Below, one piece after another: positions 43,334-53,313 of a stretch of 64,000 bases of DNA. Source of the stretch: a virus (Duplodnaviria > Heunggongvirae > Uroviricota > Caudoviricetes); the IMG/VR virus record IMGVR_UViG_3300036770_002544, positions 10,654-74,653 of that record; one strand, written 5' to 3'. Position 1 is the stretch's first letter; the number at the start of each line of letters is the position of its first letter. The position numbers and the translations under genes were made by a program. Below the pieces are notes generated by a model that was not told the origin of the DNA, searched no databases, and saw only the letters and a program-made list of their open reading frames with translations.

Positions 43334-44345
43334 TTCGTACACTAGTTGGCAACCGTTAGAAGAAGTTATAGTGGGGCGTGCCTACAGTCCGGACTACTTT
43401 GATTTTATTGATAATCCCCAAGTGCGCAATCAGCTACAACAGATTCTAGCCGAAACTGAGGAAGATCTTGACAATCTAAGCAAGACTATCCAACGCTATG
43501 GTGCCACTGTTCGTAGACCCAATCTGCCCAGCAAAGACAGCTTTGTGTGGCATCAAACCGAGGGCGGTGGTGCTCCATTGCCGCCGCTCACACCGCGTGA
43601 TTGGCAAATCACCTTAGGCGACAAACTGCTGCGAGTGCTTAACATGGAAGAACTAGACGAGATCTGCGCTGAGTACGGAGATCAAGTGGTCAACCCGCAT
43701 GCTAGCCGCTGGGACGAAAACTGCATTCTTAACGGTGCATCAGCTTCGTGCATAGTGCGTGTGGGTCGTGATGTATTCTTTGACAATTCAGACTTCTTAC
43801 GGCCCGAACAAACTCGTTGGATTGTGGACAATGTACTGGGTCCTGAATATCGCATACACGAAGCAGTCACAGATGGGCACGGCGATGCTGTGTTTGCTAT
43901 TCTCAAGCCGGGTGTACTATTAAGTTCTAAGCATGATGTTAACCTAGACTTAGCACGTGATTTTCCTGGTTGGGATGTGTGCAAGATCTGGGATAGCTCA
44001 ATTTGGGCAGCAATGGAAGTAGGCAAATTCAAGTATGAACAAAGCCCGGGTGCTTGGTATGTGCAAGGACAAACTCCTACTCCTGAGTTCACACAGTTTG
44101 TTGACACTTATCTAAGCAAGTGGACAGGATTTGTAGCCGAGACAGTTTTCGATGTTAACTGTCTTGTGCTAGACGAAGAGAATGTAATCTTCAGCGCCTA
44201 CAACAAGCAGGTGTTTGATTACTGTAAGCAGCATCGGATTAATCCGATTATCAGTGAGTTGCGTCACAGCTACTTCTGGGACGGCGGTATATCGTGTTGT
44301 ACGCAGGATATCCGTCGTCGTGGAGGTTTAGAAACTTATCTATAA
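43320..44345 (+). CDS. guanidino-group-modifying (amidinotransferase / agmatine-deiminase superfamily)-like protein
   Basis: C-terminal catalytic-Cys motif DGGISCCTQDI. Confidence 0.45.
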   Translation: MNKVNSYTSWQPLEEVIVGRAYSPDYFDFIDNPQVRNQLQQILAETEEDLDNLSKTIQRYGATVRRPNLPSKDSFVWHQTEGGGAPLPPLTPRDWQITLGDKLLRVLNMEELDEICAEYGDQVVNPHASRWDENCILNGASASCIVRVGRDVFFDNSDFLRPEQTRWIVDNVLGPEYRIHEAVTDGHGDAVFAILKPGVLLSSKHDVNLDLARDFPGWDVCKIWDSSIWAAMEVGKFKYEQSPGAWYVQGQTPTPEFTQFVDTYLSKWTGFVAETVFDVNCLVLDEENVIFSAYNKQVFDYCKQHRINPIISELRHSYFWDGGISCCTQDIRRRGGLETYL

Positions 44346-44368
44346 AAAAGCCCCGCAAGGGGCTTTTT
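44345..44368 (+). terminator. bidirectional rho-independent terminator
   Basis: aaaaagcccc-gcaa-ggggcttttt between convergent genes. Confidence 0.75.
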
Positions 44369-44370
44369 CT

Positions 44371-45849
44371 TTAGCTACACACCTTAACACCGTATTGCTG
44401 TTCAAATCGATCAGCGTCTGCTCTATCGTTGACCATGGGCTCGCCACGTATGTTTAAACTAGTGTTGAGCAACATAGGGCAGTCGGTCATTACATACCAT
44501 TTTTCAAGCAGTTGTCTAATTCCTGATCCATCTTTCGGCACTGTCTGGACACGACTAGTACCGTCAGCGTGAACGATAGCAGGAAATAAGTCAGGAAGCC
44601 TGCAACGAGCGACGACTTGCATATACCTACTGTCGTTCCAGCCACGAGGCATATCAAAGTAAGTATCAGCCAGTTCCTCCAAAATAACGGGCGCAAAAGG
44701 TCTAAATTTTTGTCTACGTTTGATTTCATTTACTCGATCCTTGATTTCTGGTCCTCTTGGGTCTGCAAGAAGGCTTCTGTGTCCAAGGGCCCGTGGCCCC
44801 CACTCAGCTCTACCACTAGCAACGCCAACAATCCGATCAGTGACAAGCACATCAAGTATATTGTTAACTGGATAAGGACCAGGAATATTATGACCGAGGT
44901 AAGCACTGGTCCAGTTGAGGCGCTGCCCATAAGCCAAAGCAGCGGCTCCGAGACTACTGCCAGCATCACTAGGACAAGGCATAATCCAAATATTTTCAAA
45001 GCATTCTCCCAATCTACGATTTGCGCTGCAATTCAATGCTACACCGCCCATGTAGACTAAATTATCGCTCCAACCAAATGCACGAGCACGGCGCATTACA
45101 TTCATTATTAAATCTTCTGCAAGATCTTGTGCACCAGCAGCAATATCCATGTCGCCAACATAGCTCAAGTACTTTTGGCTTAGGCCCATGTGCAGATTTT
45201 CTTTGAATGTAATCTCCCACGGATCAGCTACCAAGTCCTGCCGCATGAGATCGCCAAACCCACGTTCACCGTAGGCCGCCATGCCCATCAAAATATATTC
45301 TTCGTCTAGTACGCGGAGGCCAACGCGGCTAGTCGCTGCTGAATAAAAGAGTCCGATACTATGTGGGTAGCCGCGACTCCACAATTTTTTATAATGCGCT
45401 TGATCATGTTGATCATATTCTGCTCCCCAGATTGTAATTGTGTCCCATTCACCTATTGCATCAATAACCACAACTGTAGCGCGATTGTAAGGACTGGTTT
45501 GAAATCCCGCTGCTGCATGACACAAGTGATGGTTGTGTGTACTGATAGGTACGCCTCGATATCTGTTGCCAGTTTCGCTGCGTATGATTTGTTTGGCGGT
45601 TAACTGATCCCAGTCAACACCTTGCCCGGCCCAGAGTTGTCGTGCTTGGCGTGCCCAGGGACGCTCGTAATACGCAATATGTCCGATGCTGTATTCGTCT
45701 ACGTCATCTAGCAATGCATCGCAGAGATTTTTATCGTGCTTGTTTTTACTGTAGCGTTCACTGTGGCTGGCAAATTTTATATCTCCAGAATCACTTACCA
45801 CAGCAACTGCAGCATCATGAAACCCTGAGCTGATTCCTAAATAGTTCAT
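44371..45849 (-). CDS. NodU/CmcH-family carbamoyltransferase
   Basis: N-terminal YLGISSGFHDAAVAVV and the HHLCHAA motif. Confidence 0.7.
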   Translation of the reverse strand: MNYLGISSGFHDAAVAVVSDSGDIKFASHSERYSKNKHDKNLCDALLDDVDEYSIGHIAYYERPWARQARQLWAGQGVDWDQLTAKQIIRSETGNRYRGVPISTHNHHLCHAAAGFQTSPYNRATVVVIDAIGEWDTITIWGAEYDQHDQAHYKKLWSRGYPHSIGLFYSAATSRVGLRVLDEEYILMGMAAYGERGFGDLMRQDLVADPWEITFKENLHMGLSQKYLSYVGDMDIAAGAQDLAEDLIMNVMRRARAFGWSDNLVYMGGVALNCSANRRLGECFENIWIMPCPSDAGSSLGAAALAYGQRLNWTSAYLGHNIPGPYPVNNILDVLVTDRIVGVASGRAEWGPRALGHRSLLADPRGPEIKDRVNEIKRRQKFRPFAPVILEELADTYFDMPRGWNDSRYMQVVARCRLPDLFPAIVHADGTSRVQTVPKDGSGIRQLLEKWYVMTDCPMLLNTSLNIRGEPMVNDRADADRFEQQYGVKVCS

Positions 45850-45948
45850 TTATAGATAAAAGGATCTCTTTTGCGTAGTTCTTTTAACTTTTTACGATAT
45901 CGAATTTCCAAGGTGATCCGTGCCCATAAAGTTTTGATCCAGTTCATA

Positions 45949-46155
45949 TTATATCCTTCTGAATTTTGGAGTAGCGTCTGCACCGGCTTCGTATTCCAAG
46001 CCTGTTAATGCATCAGCTAGGTCTTGTAGTGATTTTTGATCCAGTCTGTGTCTAATCACTTCTGCTGTGCCACTGCTGTACACAAAATAAAACAAATCTT
46101 GTGGGTTTTGACTCAACTGAGTTTTAAATATTTCTTGGACTTGATCTAGTGTCAT
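45949..46155 (-). CDS. hypothetical small protein
   Basis: ORF coupled to the upstream gene. Confidence 0.35.
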   Translation of the reverse strand: MTLDQVQEIFKTQLSQNPQDLFYFVYSSGTAEVIRHRLDQKSLQDLADALTGLEYEAGADATPKFRRI

Positions 46156-47195
46156 GTTAATATCCTTGTTTGTTGTTCTTGGTAGTTGTTGTCGCTCCAG
46201 CGGTATTCATATGTTGCTGCTGCTTGAGAAGTTTTAATTGAGTACACGTCAGTAAAATTACTTAGCTGTCCCCAAATGCTGTTATAATCAGTTGTGCCAA
46301 AGCTGCGAATCAGATCTACTTGTCCCACTTGTGGGTGACCAATAGTTAAACTTTTATCTTCGGGGTCAAACCCGTTATTGGTTAACCATTCTTTGAATTC
46401 TGCTAACTGTTTGATCTGCCAGTGGTAAGCCCCTGGATCCTTGGCCCATTCGATGTCAAAATCTCCTGCAGCCAACGTCTGGCCATGTAGTGTAGTAGTA
46501 GTAAGTTCGTTTATTCTACTGTCGCGCCCTTCGTCATTGAACACTTCCCAATGATGCTTGCCTACTGCTTTATTAACACCCAAATAAACACCGCCTAGTT
46601 TGCGATTGATTGTTTCAATACCAAATAATTCAAAGTCCTGCTCATCTAATTTAAAGCGTGGCGCTTGTAGCCAGCACATGAGCTGACTAGGGCGTTGCCA
46701 TTCGGGAGCAGTGTGTAATTTACGAACGCTGAGAATAAGACTTTCGTATTCGTGACACAGCAAGTTTAATTGTCTAATATGCCAGCGAGTATTTGCATCT
46801 GCTTTTAGATAATAAGGGCTAATGTTTTGTGCTGTGCCTTGTAAATCTTCAAAGTAACGATGCAAGTGATTTGTACGGTCGTGATTTAAACGCCATTCGT
46901 CCTCGACTGTATTTTCAACAGTAAAATGATCATTGATTTGATACCCTACATCACTGGCGTTAATTGCAGCGATGCTAGCATTAATTTGTTTGCAAACAAA
47001 GTCTGGGGTTCTATCACCGGTTGCAAACCCTAAAAAACAATAATTCTTTTCTAAATGATAATTTTGTTCTATTAGATTGTTTAATGCTGCTAACCATTTT
47101 CTGCTAAGGCTGTTATCTTCTACATTAATAAACACTGGCAAAATGTTGCCATGTTTATTCCTCAAAGTCATTGTAATACAATCAAGCAATGCCAC
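46152..47195 (-). CDS. hypothetical protein
   Basis: ORF. Confidence 0.45.
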   Translation of the reverse strand: MALLDCITMTLRNKHGNILPVFINVEDNSLSRKWLAALNNLIEQNYHLEKNYCFLGFATGDRTPDFVCKQINASIAAINASDVGYQINDHFTVENTVEDEWRLNHDRTNHLHRYFEDLQGTAQNISPYYLKADANTRWHIRQLNLLCHEYESLILSVRKLHTAPEWQRPSQLMCWLQAPRFKLDEQDFELFGIETINRKLGGVYLGVNKAVGKHHWEVFNDEGRDSRINELTTTTLHGQTLAAGDFDIEWAKDPGAYHWQIKQLAEFKEWLTNNGFDPEDKSLTIGHPQVGQVDLIRSFGTTDYNSIWGQLSNFTDVYSIKTSQAAATYEYRWSDNNYQEQQTRILT

Positions 47196-48474
47196 GCCAC
47201 CATGCTCCTATTTCTGGTCTACTATTTAATATAGTTTCCATGCTAGTAATAGATTGTCGAATACTTTCTAACTTCAACGCACGTTGTTTGCCTTTAACAA
47301 GCCCAGCACGATATTCGTCAGGCCATTGTTCTTCAAATGTAGGACGATTCTTTAACTGAGTCAATATTCCACGCATTTCGCCGCTGGTACAGTCTACCAG
47401 CAGTTCGTCCACCCAGGGATCTAATAGATGTCTTGGTAGTGCTAGTGGGCTCATTACAATGTCGGGTGTAAAACTAAAGATTACTTTTGCCAACAATTCT
47501 ACACCATACTGCTGTGCCAGTTGTTGTATATTGTTAACTTCAAACATGCCGGGTAAGGTCAGTGTAAAATCTAACCGCATTTGCCTACGATTCTTTTGGT
47601 GCTTTAGTCCTGCTTCAAAGTTTCGACAAAACTGATTGTAGTCCAGTCCGGTTCGTATGTATTCGCCAATAGCTCCGGTTCCATCAAGACTGGCACATAT
47701 TTGCCAATCACGTATGTGATCAAGTATATCACTGTACAGATTAATACCGCGATAATCCACGCGGCTGAGGTTAGTATTATATCTAGCGTAAACACGAGGT
47801 CCATCTCCTAATTCTACAATGCGCTGCATATAGCGCCAGTGCTGTTCATACATTAAAGGTTCGCCGCCAACCCAATAGACCTCTTCGACAGCATGATTTT
47901 CAACGGCGGTAGAGAACTCGGCTTCAACTTGACTATCTTGGAACTGTGTGATTGCATCACGACTATCTTTTCGCATCCAATTATTCTTTGGGTTAGCCCA
48001 GTTAACCATGTTATATTGCTTTTCCTCACTCTCCCATGACGATGAAAGCATATCTCCGCAAGTTCTGCATTTGAAATTGCATAAATTGGAAAACCTATAA
48101 TCCCACGAAACAGGTGCCATAGTTGTCGAACCATCGGGCAGCGTTTTATTGTAAACTTCGGCAAGTTTGTGCCCGAATAAATGATCGAAGTAGGTTCTAT
48201 AGACACTAGTGTTAAGGAGTCGGTCATTGCATACCTCGCATTCCGGTAATGTTTCTCCGGCCATCATACGACGGCGCACTGATTTCATATGCTCACTATT
48301 CCAGTGCTGTTCCAGCGTTAAAGGAATATATTTTCCTGTGCCCGTTGCTGTGTCAATGTATTGTTCAAAATTTTGTGCAGGCTCACGGCTAGCACAGCAC
48401 ATCCTACGCTCAGTTTGCGGGCTCAGATAAGTGTGTGTCCAGGGTGCTAGGCACAGGGTATTGGGTTTATCCAT
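47182..48474 (-). CDS. radical SAM protein, Cys-rich N-terminal family, paralog 1
   Basis: CNFKCRTC. N-terminal LCLAPWTHTYLSPQTERRMCC. Confidence 0.65.
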   Translation of the reverse strand: MDKPNTLCLAPWTHTYLSPQTERRMCCASREPAQNFEQYIDTATGTGKYIPLTLEQHWNSEHMKSVRRRMMAGETLPECEVCNDRLLNTSVYRTYFDHLFGHKLAEVYNKTLPDGSTTMAPVSWDYRFSNLCNFKCRTCGDMLSSSWESEEKQYNMVNWANPKNNWMRKDSRDAITQFQDSQVEAEFSTAVENHAVEEVYWVGGEPLMYEQHWRYMQRIVELGDGPRVYARYNTNLSRVDYRGINLYSDILDHIRDWQICASLDGTGAIGEYIRTGLDYNQFCRNFEAGLKHQKNRRQMRLDFTLTLPGMFEVNNIQQLAQQYGVELLAKVIFSFTPDIVMSPLALPRHLLDPWVDELLVDCTSGEMRGILTQLKNRPTFEEQWPDEYRAGLVKGKQRALKLESIRQSITSMETILNSRPEIGAWWRGIA

Positions 48475-49477
48475 TTATGAAATCAAACATGGGTTGTTGT
48501 ATTGTGCTCAATGCTAACTGTTTAGTTATGCTAGCATCAAAGAACCTGTGTTGATTATAACGTAGTTTTTCTAGTACTTTAGGTTGATCTACGCTGCGTC
48601 GATCAAACTCCAAGAGTACATTGACAATGTATTGCACACGTTGCTTCCAGTCTGTAATATCGTCATATTGCTCATCAAACAATTCAGGGAAAGTTTCAAA
48701 TCCTTGGCTTCGTAGATATGCCAAGCTACCTGGAGTGCTAACTAGCAGCAAAGGGTGTTGAGCTGCTAAAGGTTTGTAGCTTTTTTCACACAAGAACAAA
48801 TGATTTTGACGGGTTAGACTGTAACCCGAAGTGGCTTCACTTATATAAGTTTCCACTGCTAGTGTACATGCTGTGTTGTGCATCCAGTCGGGGTTGATAT
48901 AACGTTGCTGCAGCACAGGATCATGATAATCATTGGGCAAATTGATGCCGCGAGCTTGATAACTGTGTATGCTATCTAACAAATGGTTGCCTAGACTTTC
49001 GTACACATAGTCACGTTCAGGACGTTGCTTGCCCAGACTCATAAAGAATTTTTTCTTAGAGTCCGATGGGGTCCACACAACTTCGTGCACTCCTGTATTG
49101 CGCATCTGCACTTGATCCATTATCCAATACCAATGAGGTGTGGCAATGATTTGCACGCCAGGCAAGGGATTGGGCTCATGTCCTGAAATAATAAAACAGC
49201 CTTGTCCCGGGTGCTGCATGAAACTATACAATACATGATGCATTTCGTAGTGTATGTAATGTTCATTTTTGGCGTCAAAAATTACTCGATAACCTTGTGC
49301 CAAATGTGTTGCAATACGATCATGCCCAGGGCCATACATGTTATAATAGAACACAGTGTCTTGAGGATACTTAACAGCAGGATTAAAGAATTCAAATTTA
49401 GTGCCTTCGGGAACAATCATTCTCATTGTTTCCTTAGGTGCCCCAAAAGGATCGTAAACAAATACTAGCTTAGCCAT
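48467..49477 (-). CDS. TEKxFKP-family protein, paralog 3
   Basis: CEKSYKPLAAQHPLLLVSTPGSLAYLRSQGFETFPELFDEQYD. Confidence 0.5.
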   Translation of the reverse strand: MAKLVFVYDPFGAPKETMRMIVPEGTKFEFFNPAVKYPQDTVFYYNMYGPGHDRIATHLAQGYRVIFDAKNEHYIHYEMHHVLYSFMQHPGQGCFIISGHEPNPLPGVQIIATPHWYWIMDQVQMRNTGVHEVVWTPSDSKKKFFMSLGKQRPERDYVYESLGNHLLDSIHSYQARGINLPNDYHDPVLQQRYINPDWMHNTACTLAVETYISEATSGYSLTRQNHLFLCEKSYKPLAAQHPLLLVSTPGSLAYLRSQGFETFPELFDEQYDDITDWKQRVQYIVNVLLEFDRRSVDQPKVLEKLRYNQHRFFDASITKQLALSTIQQPMFDFING

Positions 49478-50690
49478 TCTTTTTGTAATCTAGTAATTGA
49501 GCCATTTCGGGTGCTACTTGTGCAAAATCCTGATTTCTTTTTTGATCTAGATCTTGTATTTTCATTCTAGTCATGAACCCGTCTGTGCTAGCGCCACCGT
49601 TCATGAAATCAATTATTCGATCAAATTCTTGTTTGAACTGCAGAGGTATTGAAGCTGTTTGCAGGTACGCAGTAACAGCTTGTTTAGCAGTATCTGGTAA
49701 GGTAGCAATGGAGAAATACCAAGCGTCATGCATGATATTCCAATATACAAAATCAAATGATTCCTGATTTTGATCTATCCAGTGTGCCAATTGATCTATA
49801 TAACGCACGTTGAATATGTTTACTGTGGCGCATATTTGCAACTGAATGTTCGTGTGTATTTCTTTAAGGTCTCTAAAACGATCTAGATTTTCACACACTT
49901 CGGTCCACACTGCATTACTACGCTGATATTCAAAGCGCTCACCTAAATCATCAATACTAAATGCAATTTCTACAGTTTTAAAATGCTTCCAGATCTGCTC
50001 TGCAGATTCTGGATATTGGGTGCCATTAGTGTTGTAGTGTATTTCTACCTGGTGTGCGATACCACGATCTACAATACCTTGCAGCATTTGAAAATGCTCT
50101 TGAATCATAAAAGGCTCACCGCCGGTGAATTCGATATAACGTATGTCGCCAAGGACCGCATCAATTTCATTCCAGAATTGAGTATTTTCTCTGGGCCAGG
50201 AGCCTGCCCGCAGCATAGTGTATGCGTGTGACTTTTTTTGTTCTGCCCGGTCCATGAACTGTAGTTCTTCAGTAGCAAATTGACTTGAACTCCATGAGCC
50301 GCATATGCGGCATTTCAAATTGCAGATGTTGCCCAGCTTCAGGTCAAGAAACTGCAAAGGCTTGGCGTCTGTGGTCCAGTCTGTGTCTGTCACAGTGTGC
50401 TTGAGTCTGTTAAGAGTGTGCATGCGCTTTGATGTACGGCCAGCACGTTCTTCATTCCAGCACTTGCGACAGGTCTGCGGTTTTTGCCCAGCTAAAAACT
50501 GTTCTCTCAGTTGTTGCATGGAGTTGCTGTTTTGAATTTCTACAAATGTAGCAGTATGCAAACTAAACTTGTTACCACTGTTATCTACTAACTCGTCATC
50601 GGCTAGGCAGCAGGGACGCACAGTACCAATAGGACTAGCTTCTAAGCTAATCCAAGGTAGTACGCAAAATCGATCGTGTGGTAAGTTCAT
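49470..50690 (-). CDS. radical SAM protein, Cys-rich N-terminal family, paralog 2
   Basis: CNLKCRIC. FCVLPWISLEASPIGTVRPCC. Confidence 0.65.
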   Translation of the reverse strand: MNLPHDRFCVLPWISLEASPIGTVRPCCLADDELVDNSGNKFSLHTATFVEIQNSNSMQQLREQFLAGQKPQTCRKCWNEERAGRTSKRMHTLNRLKHTVTDTDWTTDAKPLQFLDLKLGNICNLKCRICGSWSSSQFATEELQFMDRAEQKKSHAYTMLRAGSWPRENTQFWNEIDAVLGDIRYIEFTGGEPFMIQEHFQMLQGIVDRGIAHQVEIHYNTNGTQYPESAEQIWKHFKTVEIAFSIDDLGERFEYQRSNAVWTEVCENLDRFRDLKEIHTNIQLQICATVNIFNVRYIDQLAHWIDQNQESFDFVYWNIMHDAWYFSIATLPDTAKQAVTAYLQTASIPLQFKQEFDRIIDFMNGGASTDGFMTRMKIQDLDQKRNQDFAQVAPEMAQLLDYKKNG

Positions 50691-51949
50691 AGTAAAGCTC
50701 GTAATTCAGGAATAATATCCAAGCAAGATTCGTTTCTAATGCTGTCTAGTTCATTGGTCTTTCGCCAGAATGTATCTATTAGATGAGTGTTGTCTGTGGC
50801 GTGCATAAAAGCAATTGCTGATTCAAATCCTACTGTAGCGCGGTTAAGTCGATCTAACGGTTTTAACCACGCTAGGTGAGATTGATACAGTTCGGTTAAT
50901 TCTTGCTTGTACTCAGCTGGCGCAATGTCGATTCTGTAGTGTGCAGGATCTTGCAGGATATTTACGTTTAAATCCTGCGGCTTAATCAACCCTTTTTCAA
51001 CCCACACACGATGGAACTTAGGCAAATGTCGTGCATTCAGGATGCTCAATGTAGGGCTAATGTAAAAATCTACCTCTGGACAAATAGACAGCATATCTTT
51101 ACGATTCTTTTCTACTTGTCCCCATGCGGTGCCTTTGCGTATGTATTCTGCACGGGTGCCCATGTCATCTAAACTAGCGCCTACAGCAACACTCTTAAAC
51201 TGCTTCCAGTATTCAAATACACTCTTACCTTTTAAATCAGTGTGTGTAAAGTTAGTATTGTATATTAAACGGACATCTGTACGCCCTCTGCGCACTAACT
51301 CGTCAAGAATGCGATAATGTTCTTCCATTAGCAATGGTTCGCCGCCTGCAAAGTAAATTTGTTCTACATAGTCTAAGTGAGGTTCAAGTTGTTCCCACAT
51401 GTCTAGTTCCGTACGGCCTGCATAATTCAATACAGTGTTGTGTTCTTTCCAATTGCCGCCAGCAAGTTTGGCTTGATCTTGATACCATTGACTGCTAAAG
51501 ATGTGCCCGCAACTACGGCAACGCAAATTACACAAGTTACTAAAGCGAATATCCCAGTAAGTTAACTCAAAAGGATTGCTATCTAACTTTTTAATTTGAT
51601 GCCCGTGATGCTTGTTGGCACTACGACGACCACTAAAGAATCCCGACTCTTCTTGTTCGTAGCATCGAGTACATGCCGGATGCTTTGTTTCATTGAGCAT
51701 ATCTTGGCGTAATTTTTCTAGAGGTTCGCTACGCCAAATTTCTTCTAACGTTTGTGTTCTACAATTACCGATTACACCAGGCTTCATTTCGGCGTGGCAG
51801 CAAGGGTATGCTTCGCCAGTAGGATAAGCATGCAGGTGTATCCAAGGATAGATACAAAATGTTTTTGATTCTTTTAATAAGAATTCTTCACGTTCTGTAA
51901 GTTCTACAGGACGTACAAGGTCAGCAGAATTATATTTGTATTGACTCAT
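50687..51949 (-). CDS. radical SAM protein, Cys-rich N-terminal family, paralog 3
   Basis: CNLRCRSC. FCIYPWIHLHAYPTGEAYPCC. Confidence 0.65.
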   Translation of the reverse strand: MSQYKYNSADLVRPVELTEREEFLLKESKTFCIYPWIHLHAYPTGEAYPCCHAEMKPGVIGNCRTQTLEEIWRSEPLEKLRQDMLNETKHPACTRCYEQEESGFFSGRRSANKHHGHQIKKLDSNPFELTYWDIRFSNLCNLRCRSCGHIFSSQWYQDQAKLAGGNWKEHNTVLNYAGRTELDMWEQLEPHLDYVEQIYFAGGEPLLMEEHYRILDELVRRGRTDVRLIYNTNFTHTDLKGKSVFEYWKQFKSVAVGASLDDMGTRAEYIRKGTAWGQVEKNRKDMLSICPEVDFYISPTLSILNARHLPKFHRVWVEKGLIKPQDLNVNILQDPAHYRIDIAPAEYKQELTELYQSHLAWLKPLDRLNRATVGFESAIAFMHATDNTHLIDTFWRKTNELDSIRNESCLDIIPELRALL

Positions 51950-53313
51950 AAACTATTGTACCAGTCTACTAGTAGGTCGCCGGGGCTACGAATACCAAAC
52001 TCTCTTAAGGGATCAAACGATGATGTAAAACTCTTACTACGGCGGATATCATACTGCTCATAGAATCTTTTAAAATCGTTGTGCAGTGCAGGTCGATCAA
52101 ACGTATCGCTGTGCGGTGTTTTAACTACATCCAAGTAATCGATTAGTCGCTGGGTATGATTAATTTCGTGCTCGTGCAGTAGTTCTGCGTTATGCTGTTG
52201 ATTGTGTTTTAACCAGCGGCACAGTACATTACCATAATGCTCGCGAAGTTTGTCGCTTAGTACTAGTGGGCTTTGGAAGCTAGGGAATCTCAAAATGTTT
52301 AGTGTAAAGTTGATATAATCTTTACCGTACTGGCGTTTCCAAGCAAGCAATTGATTCAAGTGTGCTGGCAAACTGTTTAAACACAGTGCGTTAATTGTGC
52401 ACATGCAGTGAACCACAATACCAGCATCTAGCAATTTTGTAACATTCTTGCGCCAGGTGGCGTAGTCTAATCCGTCGCGAATGTATTCTGCTTCGCGACC
52501 AACTGCTTCCTGACTAGTATAAATTTCTACATCTAGGCCTTGAATGCTATCTAGTAAGCGATCAACATCAACGTCTGCACCGAGGTTACTGTTAATTGCC
52601 AGGCGTGTATTACTGCGCCCAGGGTTGTTCTTAAACCAATCAATTAGTTTCCAGGTGTGCCCCGACATTAGTGGCTCGCCGCCGGTTATTCGCAGTTCTT
52701 GCAGTGTGCGGTGGAGGTCTGATTCCCACCAGGCAAAGAACGCTTCCACGTAAGGATTAGTCTCACCGAATTTATAAAGTTGAGCACTATCATGAGTGTG
52801 AGTAAAGTGGTTCCTACCGTCACTAACCAGGTTGGTGTAAGGTCCATTCTGTTTAATGTCTTTAACCCAGGTACTACTAAAAGCAGGGTTGCAATAAGAG
52901 CAAGCAAACTGACAAGTTCTGTCGAATGCGATTTCAAGAGTTTTGAGATTGACGTCTTGATCTGCAGGAGTATTGTATGCTTCATGTAATGCCTCAATGG
53001 GATAAATTTTACTTTTATACACACGATCGCTAACTGCATTACGACCCATGTCTTCGATCTTCCAGCAATACTCGCAGCCAGCAGGACGTTCGCCTGCTAA
53101 CATCTTGCGACGATCATCTTTCTTTTGATCGGTATTGTGCAGCAGCCTAGGGTTGGCACTGACTTTATCTTTGTCAACCAAATGGGCCGGCGGGTGGTGG
53201 CAGCTAGTGCTCATGCCGCTACCAAGCCAAATGGTAGCATTATACCACTTTGCAGCACAAAAACTATCGCTAAGTTTGTCCAGCACTTGCTGGCGGAATT
53301 CAAGATCTGTCAT
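51946..53313 (-). CDS. radical SAM protein, Cys-rich N-terminal family, paralog 4
   Basis: CQFACSYC. FCAAKWYNATIWLGSGMSTSCHHPP. Confidence 0.65.
   Translation of the reverse strand: MTDLEFRQQVLDKLSDSFCAAKWYNATIWLGSGMSTSCHHPPAHLVDKDKVSANPRLLHNTDQKKDDRRKMLAGERPAGCEYCWKIEDMGRNAVSDRVYKSKIYPIEALHEAYNTPADQDVNLKTLEIAFDRTCQFACSYCNPAFSSTWVKDIKQNGPYTNLVSDGRNHFTHTHDSAQLYKFGETNPYVEAFFAWWESDLHRTLQELRITGGEPLMSGHTWKLIDWFKNNPGRSNTRLAINSNLGADVDVDRLLDSIQGLDVEIYTSQEAVGREAEYIRDGLDYATWRKNVTKLLDAGIVVHCMCTINALCLNSLPAHLNQLLAWKRQYGKDYINFTLNILRFPSFQSPLVLSDKLREHYGNVLCRWLKHNQQHNAELLHEHEINHTQRLIDYLDVVKTPHSDTFDRPALHNDFKRFYEQYDIRRSKSFTSSFDPLREFGIRSPGDLLVDWYNSL

Noticed and set aside
47604-48227. Small minus-strand ORFs nested in the radical SAM gene 47182-48474
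   Set aside because: They lie in alternative frames of a gene with a clear domain signature. Spurious.
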